Assembly: GCF_964204645.1 (NCBI RefSeq)
Contig: NC_134032.1
Coordinates: forward strand, 3,558,175 to 3,622,174
Direction of reading: 5' to 3'
Source of the DNA: Tubulanus polymorphus
Taxonomy: Eukaryota; Animalia; Nemertea
Length of the DNA stretch: 64,000 nucleotides
Shown: positions 51,584-64,000 of the stretch, piece by piece
Layout: every line of letters starts with the position of its first letter
How positions within the stretch are numbered: the first letter of the stretch is position 1
Made by a program: the position numbers and the translations under genes
Notes under the pieces: model-generated
What the model was told of the DNA's origin: nothing
Database searches by the model: none
What the model saw: only the letters and a program-made list of their open reading frames with translations

Positions 51584-53199
51584 TTGGCAACCCCGAGAAA
51601 AATGGCGTTAGAGATAACGAAATTCTCTATTATGCTCGTGTATTTTCTAAGTGTAAAACAGGGTGGTCTACTTTTTCGCCCGGGAGGCTGAATCGGTGAT
51701 GATTTAGTTGGAAATGGGTTCGTATTGAGAGTTTTCATTTGTTAGTTTTTGGTTCGAAGAATGAGAACCTAAGCTATCGTCAAGTTTCTGTCATGAAGTC
51801 ACGTGACAAGATTTTTTTTCAGATTGAGTGATACGCCATAATGAAATAGGTCCACATATGTAATTCGCTTGTCTAAAGAATATTATAATTATCATGATTG
51901 ATATATTCAAATACACTTACTCTGAATAATATCATTTTCTAAAGAGGGTGGCTGAATATTGGTTATACAGCCACCCAGCCATCATTACATCTACTCGCGC
52001 ATAAATACACCATCAATGGCGAGCCTGTTAAAAAGCGCCAGTACCCGTACGTTCAGCCATACACACGTTGATGCCGACACCGGCTTCCACTTCAAAAGTT
52101 AAGAACAAAAATATTAGAAATATTTGTGATCCGATTTACACCAAATAAACCTTTAAAGTAAGGTACTTAGCATCGGATATTGTGCCGAAAATTCTAGATT
52201 GATACACTACGTAGTTTTTCAAGTAAGCGCATTTTTAGTGTAAACCAATTATGTTGATTGACAGGCAGCCTCAGCTGCGCGCCTCATTTTATCGTCGACA
52301 TCAGATGTAAACAATAACATTGCAACATTACCACGTGCGCAATGCAACGGAAAACAAATTGAATTTCTCTAATGGAATATCAATTTCTTTTCATATTTTG
52401 CCTTTCTTTTATGTGATTTATAATTTGTACATCGGACTTTGCTTCTTCGAACCCCAGGACTTTGAAGTCCTCTTGTTTGTGTGAAGGTTTAACTTTCATT
52501 TACCTCGTCACTTACCTCATTTCATTTACAAATCTTATATGGCCGATGGGTAAAACACAAAAATGAGCAAACGTGTTGTAACAATTATATAATGTTATAA
52601 TCCTACAGCTATGTTATAATCCTTTAGCTACGTACAGGGAGGTTCAATGTGCTCTAAATCTTTATATAGGCTCTTTATCTTTGTATATTTGGTAAAAAGT
52701 TGATTAGACATGTTTAGCTCGGTTATTAGGAATGTGTTTAATTGTGAAATACAAATTTAAAAAATTAATTTGCCAATGACCTTTAATTAAACATGACTGC
52801 ACGATGGCTGCAGTATCGGGAGATGCTGCAGTAATAGAGGGGCAGTATCATGCTACCAGTTCAATGAGGACTCTACGTTCAACTGTGGCAAGGATTCCAC
52901 TTTTGGCAACCGAAGACCCACCAGGTTCGCTAGTGCGCATTCAGACAAAATCTCCGGGAATTCTTCTCAGATTCACCTAAAATCTATCCAATTTCTAAAA
53001 TTTGTCCTAAAAGATGATAGGATGACCGTCAAATCAGGTAACCGTAAGTCACTGTCTTGGCGAAAACAGCCAAGTCTGAAAATCTAGGACACTTAGTTTT
53101 AGTAACCAATACGTTTTTCAGCAGCTATTTTCAATGCACTAGATGGCGCTATCTGAGGGGCCATAGGACAAATTAGCTAAATTCATTAAGACCGGCTTA

Positions 53200-53402
53200 G
53201 ATGTATATAGATCCCTCCAATAGTATTTATAGTATTGTAAATAGTCGATCTACATATATTTTCTTATCCTTCATTCTCTAAATTCTAATCACTTCAGCGT
53301 TGTTTTGTAAATATTCGTATACACATGTGTAATAGTTTTTACTCAAAATACCATGGAAATGGTTGGAGTGTAAATAGAATCGTAATCGTAATCGTAATCG
53401 TA
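53200..53402 (+). mobile_element. RTE-X-like LINE 3' UTR fragment with (AATCGT)n tail; similar fragment at ~54850-54942
   Basis: ccatggaaatggttggagtgtaaata resembles the 3' end at 22319-22345 and is followed by a microsatellite tail. Confidence 0.5.
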
Positions 53403-53490
53403 GGAACCTTGATATAACCCCTATGACGAGGCCAGTTATTGCACTGAGACTAGTTGACCCACAAATCTTCTCTTATGTTAAAAATTCAAT

Positions 53491-53592
53491 GGCCGGTTTT
53501 ATAAATAAGCATTTTCTTTTACCCGGGAAATTGAAAATAAATAGAGTTACCCCCCGGGTTAGAGTTACCTGATACCAGTCTATAAAACCGGT
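53491..53592. mobile_element. Short MITE with ccggttttata TIRs
   Basis: ggccggttttata...tataaaaccggt. Confidence 0.5.
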
Positions 53593-55043
53593 ATTATGTG
53601 TACGAGTAAGCAGGGGACTGCGTACATGCTGTTTCCACGCTATGTTTGTGATATTCTAGGCCTGACTTTGGCAAAATATGATCTCTAGAAATCACAAAAC
53701 CTACGACAACATGTTTAAAGATGCTGGGTAAAGAGACTTGTGCTCGGTATTTGACACGATGTTTACACCAAAACCAAACTGCACAAACGCTTATTTCAAC
53801 TACGATCAAATCTCTTGATTTTATTTTGACATTGACGCGAATACAAAATGACACATCACATATATCATTTTGTTTAAAATCTTCATCTTTTATATGTGTG
53901 CATGTACAACGCTCTTTTGAAGGGTCTATCTACTTGTATTTACACAGACAATTGCTGAAATTAGATATTTGACAAACTAGTTATTTAGGTCTATTATCTT
54001 TAGGTCATACTTTCAAATGAAATCCATTTTCAATAAACCCGAATATATTCAACAGGCAATAACTATGATAACCGTTTTTGAATAGACTATTATTCTTCTA
54101 ATGTAGGACAACAATTCTATTAAAACAGATAATGATAAGTCTGATAGATCTCGTTTTTGCATATTTTAGGAATTTGATAGTTCAAATAAGTTCATTTTCG
54201 ATAAAAAAAACCAGGACGATCACAGTTTAAATGACGGATCTAAAAAACGTATTATGGGTACAAGGTATCTATCAATATAATTTTCAAGGAACCGCGGTAC
54301 ATGTTTGGTCGTAGCACATTTCAGATTTTCAGCCATCTGATACTACGGCTCAACCTAGAGCGACTGTGCTCAAATCTAGTACTAAGATCGCTAAAAGTCG
54401 ATTAACTGCGATAACCGATGTTTGCCCTGGTGCCGATCTCTTTGCCCGACTATATATACATTCTGACTGCTGTTGCTGCTGGTAACTGGCAGCCAGTTAA
54501 CGGTGACATAAAATAATGTCAGATAAAATCGCGTACTTATAGTGTGATTCGAAGCTAACTCAGTGCATCGATTGGTCTGGTGCCTTGTCCGAAACCGGGT
54601 ATCCCAACTGGAAAACCCAGTTACTATTTATAGTGAAAGTGAATAAATTCCATGTTTTTAAAAAATTCCGCGATATCGTCATTCCGAGATATGACAACAC
54701 TGCGATCTCGGGCCTCCTACAGCGCAGAAACTTCGTAGATAAGGACGCATGAAAAGAAAATCCTTCCCTTCTTCCACGTTCGGATAATTCTACATGTAAT
54801 CGGAATTTAACCAATACACGCATGAAAACTCACACAAAACTGATCGAAAGGAAACCATTTTTGTAAATATGTATGTGTAATATTTTTTCCTCCATATGTA
54901 TGAAGTGTAGATAAAATCATAACTGTAATCGTAATCGTAATCCTAAGGGTAATTTATTGTAGAACCTTTCCCTTGTCGACGATAAGGAAATCCTATAGTT
55001 CAGAAAAATTCCGATAGATGGCGAGCCCCAGAAACACAATATC

Positions 55044-55265
55044 GCGGTAGTTCAGTGAGATAAGGCGTGATGCTGTTGTATCAATTATCAGTGCTGATTG
55101 ACAAGTGAGTTCGAGTCCTGTTGGTTGCTTACAGTTTGCGGACAACACTTCAAAGGTCATGGTCGCATCGTGAGGTTAAATGAGTAATCCAATAAAGGGT
55201 TAGTCTTAAGAAACCAAGATCCAAGCGACGTAAACTCAAAACAAAAAAACAAACAAACAAACAAA
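55044..55265 (+). mobile_element. tRNA-derived SINE with (CAAA)n tail
   Basis: A-box tagttcagtga, B-box gagttcgagtcc, 3' gcgacgtaaac followed by (aaac)n. Confidence 0.65.
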
Positions 55266-56869
55266 TGTTTAGCTCATCATCTCTGTCAGTACTGTTGACG
55301 ACATTCAAAATACTTTCGAGGAAGTCAAAACTCGAGGAAGGGGATCTAACTTACCGTAGACATATCCAAACGCACCACGATAACTTGGCGGCATCGAAAG
55401 GAGAAAAGTGAAAGTACCTACCTTATCATTTTTATAAATATTAAAACGTCGAAATCGCCTGGATTCCATTCTTAAATTTATGCTAATCTTGTTTTCTACT
55501 AATTTTCAAATATCATTTGATTTGTGAATACAAAAAGATATTTATGATAATAGTCGATATCATGTCATGACGGACAATATTTCTAAAATGGAGTTTCGAC
55601 ACTACCCATGAAAAATCTTTGGTTCGATGATGTCATTTTTGAAGACAGTTGCTTATAGTCAGTTGATTTAATGTTGTTCCCAATCACGCCTAACCACACC
55701 GGGTTCGGTTCTACATATGGTTGAGATTGAGTCAAAAACATCGAAAATGGATTAACGCTCGATTCAAACTCAACTGACTCGCTGTGGAACTGGATCGTGA
55801 TGACAAACTTTGGAACTCTTTCCAATGAAAACTGTGGAACTAGATGCGTTGACAATCATCGAAACTGAGTCCACTGACAAAGTGTGGAACTCCGTCCAAT
55901 GACAAACTGTGGAGCTTGATCGCTTTCACCAACGTTTGTGCTACTGGACCGGTGGAGACACCTACCGTCAGGTTTAGAGCTGCTACTGTGAGTTTTATAC
56001 TGTAAGAAGTGAACAGTCACTGGTTGAGCTGAACCATCACAATCACGCCTTTCACTAACAGTACTGAGCAGAGCTCTTGAACACATCAGATCTTTATTGT
56101 CAGCCCATATAACATGCGTGTCATGGAGATTTCGCACTTCTTGGAGACACTGTTTAGGTACCTTCTTTCCTCCTGGTTGTTTTGATAAGGCGTCCAGATC
56201 ATCGGGACAAACGGTTTTCGTACGATGCTGGATGTGGCTGTCACCTACAATGTACAGAGTGCAGACACCAGGCTTTAGAGTAAGCAATATAGCAACGTGA
56301 ATACGACCTTCGAACAGGGTCGCCTGAAACATCCAGCAGACGAAACTGTGAACATTACGAATGATGGATTTAAGGGGTGTGGTCTAGGAGGTCCGGGAAG
56401 CGATCGTTCAAACCTGTATCCTCTCGGATATTTCAACCTTTCAGGTGTATTTCATCAAAACTATGTTCGTTACACTGAGCGCTGAACCACGCGGAGCTCC
56501 GATAGAGGCCTTCGACACGGCTGTTTCAGCCGAGAAATCTCCGTCTTTTCTCTTCTCTAACCTTGCTTCGCGATTTTTCTACAATCCCCCCATCCCCGAG
56601 CCGGAGGAGAACAGACCAAATGATTTATGTATGTGGATTAATATATGACGGTATGTGGCGCCACCTACATAAGCGGCGGCAGAAGTAAAATCTATCCATC
56701 AAAATTGTCGAAATGCAGAAGAACCGCTCAAAATATCAACGTAAATAATATGATATGCTGACCGTCAAATGCCGACACCATCTCGGAACGTTAAAAATCG
56801 CTGTATGTTACTGAATTGAATCTGCAATCTGTGATCAAAGGAAGGATATAACTTCCTAACAAAAAAAAA

Positions 56870-59703
56870 CAAGATGGCGGCGCCCAGTAAGTGCAATACG
56901 AAAGACCTGCGTGAACTATTCCTATTATTGTTTCGATGGCGTTTGTCCATTTTCGTTTTGTATCGCTTGCTCGAACTACATTTTGTAGCTTTTCGATCCC
57001 AGTTCGAAATTAACACGCGAATGTTCCCTGGATAGTTACGATCGATATTATTATTGCCGTCCGAAAACCAACTGCGAATCAGATCGCTACAATCGAAACA
57101 ACTATCGCGGGAACGCAAAACATCGTAGTCGTGTGATAATCGTCGGCGACTCAAATCTGAAATACATTAACGAGGAGCGATTCGTAAGGGATAGTGCCGT
57201 CGTGGATAAAGTTACTGCCTTCACTATAAATGAAGCAAACGGAACAATAGACAACATACGTGTATACCCGGAATGTATAATTCTACATATCGGAACCAAT
57301 GGCATCAGGAATACAGGCAACGCCGACCGATGTGTGGCCGCAATGATAAGACTGGTGAATATTATCAAGAGTAAATTTAGTAACTCGAAATAGGTGCTAT
57401 CCCTCATACCGCCCCGCTTTGATAACCGTCATCTGAATATGCAATGTCATCTCTTCAATGCCACCATTAAATCAATTGCATCTCACGACGCGGGAGTAAC
57501 CATCTGTAGACCCAACAATTTTAAAGTATATACATATCCCATACTAGACCCGGAGCCTTTTTTGATCATTTTAAGAATATCTATTCCGATAAAAACTGCC
57601 CCATCCAAAACGATCTAGTAAACGACGATAGCCCTTCGTTATAGCGTGTTTACTGAATTAGTGAGGATGAAATAACTAAGGCAGCCCTGAAATAAAAAAA
57701 ATAACAAGTCTCCGGGCCTTGAAATTCTGTAGTATGGTATTAAATATCTAATCGGCCCTGTAACTAAGCTATTCAATCTTATCTCCTCAGGCGGCCATTT
57801 CCAGGAAAAGTGGGCAAAAGGAATAATTTTCCCAATTCATAAAAATTGAGATAAAAACAACCCAGATAATTTCAGTGGCAAAACGTTAAATAGATGTTTA
57901 AGCAGACTATTCTCTGCAGTTCTCAATGCAAGGATACTTGCATTCCTACAACATTGGAACATAATTGCAAACAATCAGATTTATGCCAAAAGGTCGGAGG
58001 AAAGGTCACCTGTTCACTCTTAAAAGACTAATAGAAATGAAATTGTCAACATTGAAAAATGTGTATGTATGCATTTGATTCTGTGTGGCATGAAGGACTA
58101 ATGAACAAGATAAAAGATCTACAATTCGGAGAAAGGTTGACTGGGATAATCGATAACATGTACTCGAAACTATCTTCCTGTGTTAAGATAAATCATTCCC
58201 AGATATCCACCGCCTTCAAATGCTCCACAGGGGTACAACAAGGGACTATTTTGAGCCCTCTTCTATTTAAAATATATGTCAATGACATAACATCATTCCG
58301 ATGAAAGTTGTGATCCAGTCTCACTCGGGGATACCTTCCTAAATATCTTCTGTATGCCAATGACCTAGTCATTGTGTCAAACAGCAAAGAAGGTTTGCAG
58401 AAATGCTTAGACAAGTTCGGTAACTACTGTAAAAAATGGAAGCTGCGTGTCAACAAAAAAAAAGAGCGAAGCAATCGTCTTTAACAAAAAAGGCCAGGTA
58501 CCATTTAATGTTGACTTCTATAAAGATGGCCGGACTGTTGGGATCGTTAGGAAATTTAAATATCTCGATTTAATTATTACTGCATCAGGCTCATATCAAA
58601 GAGCAAAAGAAGAAATTTTTCAATTCTGCCAATAGAGCCATGTCTGCTTTATTAAAATTGACCGGAACTCAAAATTGTGCACCGGATGTGGCCCTCAGGC
58701 TATTTGATAATTTAGTGACACCAATTTTACTGTACGGATGTGAAGTCTGGCTACAAACCACACAGCGGCTAAAAAGATAACTAGAACAGGAATATTTAAA
58801 GAAATCAATGAAAAGGCGAAACAGCTGATCACTTAAATAAACAAATTCTGTAAATTTATACTTCATGTAAATAGGAGGGCCACTAATTTGGCCGTAGCTG
58901 GGGTGTTAGGCAGGTACCCACTGTATATAAATGCCTGTGTCATAATCATACATTTTTGGAATCACATGTAAATGTAGCGAAACCAGCACTTTAATATTAC
59001 TCTTAAAGATATTCATTCAGGTAGAAGTGACTGGAACGCTTTCCTCAAAGCTATCCTTACAGTTACGCAATTAAATATCAGTGTAAATGTAAATAAGGTT
59101 CCGGATGAACTCTCATCATCGGTCAAGCATATCCTGAGAGAGAGATTTGAAGTATTTTGGAAAGAGAAAATCAACAAATTCAATAAATTGGAATGTTACC
59201 GTAAAATCAAAATAAATTTCTGCATGGAGCATACCTTTTATTAAATATATGCCCAGTAAAAAATTAGCTATTTCAAAATTACGAATTAGTGCACACCGCT
59301 TAAAAGTTGAAACGGGCAGGTATACAGGAATGCCTAGGGAAGAACGTCTGTGCACTATATGTCAAACAATCGACGATGAATTTCATCTCATTATCAACTG
59401 TACCAAACACAGTACGATCGGAACAATTAATGGAAAACCTAGATCATTTCAGAATATAAATATGCAACGAACGAAATAAAATTCATCATGATTATGACAT
59501 GAAAAAATGGCTCAGAGTCTAGGAAAGTTTATTCACGAAACTACCTAAATATAGAACACCTGACAATTTATATAATATTAACTGTTTTTGTATGATACAT
59601 TTCATATTATATTTTGATAATGTTGTTTTCTTTTCTTTATTGTATAGTAGTGTATATAAAACGTTACGGCACAATAAAAATGTTATTGAATTGAATTGAA
59701 TTG
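56870..59703 (+). mobile_element. Degenerate, internally deleted RTE-X-like LINE (ORF1 SGNH esterase + RT)
   Basis: ORF1 IIVGDSN..ILHIGTN..LSLIPPR; RT AFDSVW, GVQQG..LSP, LYGCEVW, KLRISAHRLKVETGRY..ERLCTIC..DEFH. Tail aataaa..(ttgaa)n. Confidence 0.8.
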
Positions 59704-61479
59704 TATTACTTACCGCCTGTAGTTATGCGGGTGTATGTATTCGCGGCTGACTCAGAATGTTTCAATGTGGCGCACTGATGCTGGCGATGGTAACACTTCC
59801 GATATATTGTATTGTAGCTAAATTGACCACAATTATCGGCCGTTTCATCTTAGCATCTATGCGCGCAGTTTTCTAATGACATCGTTCCTTTCAGATCACC
59901 ACCGCAGTGACCACCTTTTCTCAACACAGATTCCTCAACTTCGACCGCGCTTGAGCCACCTGCGAAAATCCAATGTATACGCTAAATATTTATGTAATTG
60001 TTGGCCTGGTAGCAAGTCCCACGTGCGCGGAATTGGCGGTTCGAGTCCTTGATTATCACCATTTATTGTTAAATGTCCCGATAGATTTTGACGATGGAGG
60101 TGGCAGGCAGGTAAATAATAGACATTTCATTATAGAAGGCAAGCAGTTTAACTAGAGTGGTATAAGAGGTTTACACTAATGAAACTCGGCTTTAGTTTAC
60201 ATTAATGAAACTCGAATCGTTTTTTGACGACATAAACTTGGTGAATTGATTCATATACAAATGCAAATTGAGACTAAAAAATAAAGATGACTTCAGTGAG
60301 GTGACTAATCCAAATGGCGATTTACCTAGGCCAAGTCGTTTTAGTTGAGATGAACATTTTTGACAATTTATAGCGAATTACACTTGGAGAATTGCATTAC
60401 AAATACAAATTGGGACTCAAAAATAGAGATGGCTTCAGTAATGTGACGACTTATAAAAATGACAACTGACACTTGGTAAAGTGAATATTCAAACAATTTT
60501 AACAACGATTAAAGCTATTTGTGATGCATTTTTACTACATTTCGTTCGACCATGAATGCATTTTGACAGTTTATGGCAACATTTTAACCGTATGAATGTC
60601 TAGTTTCCAGGTTTGTTAAATTAATTTCTCAAATTTACAACAATGCGAAATGGGAGCGATATATAACAAACAAAAAACTGTGGTCAGTTTTTGCCTGTAT
60701 AAGATTCAGGGTACCCAACTTCGAAGTTCGTTATTTTCAAGAAATAGTTTTCGAAAAAAATTCACAAACATTTCAGAAACTGCATGTATGCCCCTTTCAT
60801 TGAAATTATTGAAATTAAAAGATATCTCGCCTATTCCCCATTTTATTGCTGCATAACTGCTACGAGTCATTGCGAGTTTCGGTAAGTCGTTTATATATGT
60901 CTTAAGAGTTGTATACATGAACTACAAGAAAGTTATAGCGCCATAGAAACCATTATTTTTCAAGTGTTGTATTGTATCTTACCAATAGAAACTAACCTTC
61001 GAGAATCAGTTGAAGAACCAGCAGAACATGTTTCAATCTCAACCACATGAAACCGCTGTCGAGCATTTTCAACCGTGGATATAGTGCGGGCAGACGCTCC
61101 ACTCACGTCTTGAGATCACAAACAGTTCAAACTACACCATATAGGATATCATAGGAGAATAGATCCTTTCGCCGAGTAGGAAATGAATCTAGAAACCAAC
61201 AAAGAGGCGACCTACTTTCAGACTCGCTTCAGACAGTAAATCAGGGGTCAGTTGCTCAAAACTTGGTTAAAGATAACGTCAAACGACGCTTCAAATTCAC
61301 TTGATTCAAAATCAAATCATTTCTCATAATACGGTCATCCGTGTGCACTAATTCGAGAGCACATGAGAAGATAATTGCAACACAACTCTCAAGCCGCGGC
61401 TCGACAATATTTAAGAAAATAAGAAATACATGCTCGGAACTTCGAGGGGGACCCTGGTCTCTCGGGATCCACCGTCCCC

Positions 61480-62505
61480 ATCCCCCGGCAGGGATTCGAA
61501 CCTGATGGCATCGAGATTGCCACGGCACGAAGCCCTGCCATAATCGACCGTGTGCGCAGATACATGCGCAGTTCAGTTGATGTGTTTTTTTAGCCAATCA
61601 GAAATCCCGTTTTATTTTAGCCCGGGTTTTCCCATTTATAGTTCTTCCTTGAAATTTGCCTCAACGATTATACAACGAGCAATCTGATTGGTGCCGCCAG
61701 TTTTCGTTCAGAAAGCTGCGCATGTACCTGCGCACCCGGTCTACTGATGCAGGGGTTCGTGCCGTGGCTGAGTGTAGCGATGCCATCAGGTCCGAGTCCC
61801 TGCAGAGGCAGGATGCACCGTCCCTAGACCCGCCGCTGCTCCGAAAGCTCTTCGTTTCGCGGCAGCAGTTAGAATTCAATGTATTGTTGCTACATAACAT
61901 ACAATACAGACTGGTGGCCGCTTTGTAGCAGCAACCTGTTCAAAGGAACCTTGGGCAATAATAGACCATTGAAGGGTTTATGTTGGCGGTAGGGAATCGA
62001 ACCCTTGCAAGGAAAGGATGAAAGTCTCTGAATTCAGGCATGAATTACACCGCTAACCTTAGTTTCTGATAAGGATCATAGAGCGAAAAGGTGAAGCCAA
62101 AATCAGTCGACCTTTTTAGGAACGAAAAAGGTAACACACAGTGGACTCAGTTTTCGGCTGACCCATTTCGTAAGCTGAAAGGCACTTGGTAGATACACAT
62201 ATAAGAATGACTGATTGATCAAAGCATGTCAAAATTTGTAAAAATGTGTAAAAAGTGCTGATTTTGGCAGTCAGCCATATTCATTCAAACCGGTCAGTTT
62301 TTGGGTAAAGGATCACTGACGGGGCATTATTCCTGTTATATATGGGCGCTATTTTGCCCATAGTAATTGGCTCGGATTAGAATCCCACACTAATCCCACG
62401 ACTCAAAAAATCTGTAGAGAAAATACAACAGAGAGAGAAGAACAGTATTCGAACTCTGGCCTGCAAGCACTAGCACAGCGACACTGCTTGACCGAGGCAG
62501 CCAAA
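61480..62505 (-). mobile_element. Three tRNA-derived SINE heads
   Basis: Minus-strand B-boxes ggttcgaatcc (~61491-61502), ggttcgattcc (~61993-62003) and agttcgaata (~62446-62455), each with an upstream A-box-like sequence. No full cloverleaf. Confidence 0.5.
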
Positions 62506-63554
62506 TAAAGTTGGAATGTTTTACCTACACGTAGCCCTCAATCTAACCTTAACTCAACCCTCTGGACCATATAGATCTTTATTAAATGCATTATGATTAA
62601 ATGCATGATTTTTTTTTCATTTGAAAATGTGATAAAATTGTGAATAAAGTGAATTTGACGCGTCGATTGACGCGTCAAAAATGCTATTTTAATTCTGACA
62701 GTATTTCCATGCCATACTATTTCGACTACGCACTAGTTAACTTTAAATAACTTTTGTACAACTGCGGCCCCTGCACAGTCGTCCTTTTAATTCAATAAAC
62801 AAACATTGTTGTTTAATTAGCTGCGGTGCTGAGGATGGGATGGGTGGTCACTTAATATCCATATTCTCACTGACAAATTGGATATATTTATGTTTCGAAT
62901 ACACTTAGCTTAAGTCATCGTAGCTGTGATGATCATGTTGACGACTTGTCAAAATGACGACTAACACTTTAGAGTAAATTGAATTGGAAATATAGATTGA
63001 GACCAAAGAATTGAGATGACTTCTGAAATGAAATGACTTTCCCAAATGATTTCTTAGAGCCAATAAATTGAAATGTTTGTTTAGTTAGTTATTTAGTTAT
63101 ATTTCGGGAATAGGGAAGTTTCCAGTTACCGGTTGTCTCAACCGGTGTCCACGCGCGTTTCTAAGATGATATTTTTACGCAGTATCAAAAATATCCTCAG
63201 ATAAAACTTCATCTTCAGTGAAAAATTCTAAATTGTATCTCAAAAAATGAAAAGAGATACTGCCAATGATACAAAATCACCAATTTATTTGAGTCGCCTA
63301 CCTAAAAGTGACGTATCTTTTTAACATGTAACTGTGTTCGATTGTTGCAGCCGAGAATAATGAAATAAACACCATCAGAAAATAGAAATTGTCACCTTTC
63401 TAACGATTCGTATGTTTGAACTTTGTGCCAAAAGAGGGATGGACGACAATTAGGTTTTAGTTTAAAATATGTTAAAATCTGTCCGACCTTTGGGACCGCC
63501 TCAAAATGGCACCTGGTTACTGGAAACATCCCTATTGGAAATACTGATTAGAAG

Positions 63555-64000
63555 GACTTAAAAATAGAAATGATTTCAGTGGTGTGAAGTCTTATATCCA
63601 GATAATGGCTTACATTAGTAAACTGAATTATGAAATATGAATCTAGACTCAGAAATAAAGACGACTTCAGTTAAGTGACGACTATTCCAATTAATATGAC
63701 TTACATTCATAATAAAATTGTTACACTTAGTAAATTGTATTATACAAATCGGGACTAAAAATATCGAGACGACTTCAGTAATGTGACGACTCAAAATATC
63801 CAAATAATGAATGATATTAGTAATAGAATTATGGATATGAATTTAGGATCAGAAATCCAGACTTCAAATGAAGACTAACACTTGATAAATTGAATTAAAA
63901 TGCAAATTGGGATTCAAAATAGAGATGACTTCAGTAATGTGACTACTAATCTAAATTCGTATAACGTACACTTAGTAAATTGAATTGGAAGAAGTTGTGA
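63555..64000. repeat. Degenerate ~100-bp repeat family (aaatagagatgacttcagtaatgtgacgact..acacttagtaaattgaatt); also at ~60230-60490 and ~62930-63080
   Basis: Core recurs at ~60278, 60421, 63010, 63562, 63654, 63760 and 63917. Confidence 0.7.

Noticed and set aside
61480-62505. Functional tRNA genes
   Set aside because: A/B boxes are present but there are no acceptor or anticodon stems; consistent with SINE heads.

Overview
Animal genomic DNA, probably a lophotrochozoan/marine invertebrate (inferred from gene and TE families). It is AT-rich, has spliceosomal introns and is heavily loaded with transposable elements. Host genes supported by the sequence: (1) a ~1,930-aa GRL101-like receptor (signal peptide, CUB-like repeats, C-type lectin, LDLa, LRR, 7TM) on the minus strand at 4993-10980, in three exons separated by two 93-nt introns; (2) a five-exon secreted phospholipase A2 at 26031-28363 with a split ATG; (3) an intronless class A peptide-receptor-like GPCR at 45090-46280. 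A fourth, partly decayed multi-exon locus at ~30.3-42.6 kb is not visible in the ORF track. It has duplicated exons encoding RHIM-like repeats (NVQIGDN), then stop-riddled exons resembling a LINE-ORF1-type SGNH domain and a death-fold domain. This is the best candidate for something new, but it rests on manual translation. Mobile elements: a young BEL/Pao LTR element (TSD ATGAG) nested in an RTE-X-like LINE, a near full-length L2/Crack-like LINE with an RRM/CCHC+SGNH ORF1, two BEL relics, an ISL2EU/Harbinger-type transposon, an IS3EU-like MITE, other MITEs, 32-34 bp palindromic mini-elements, tRNA-derived SINEs and several minisatellites. All family assignments come from recognising motifs by eye; no database search was run.
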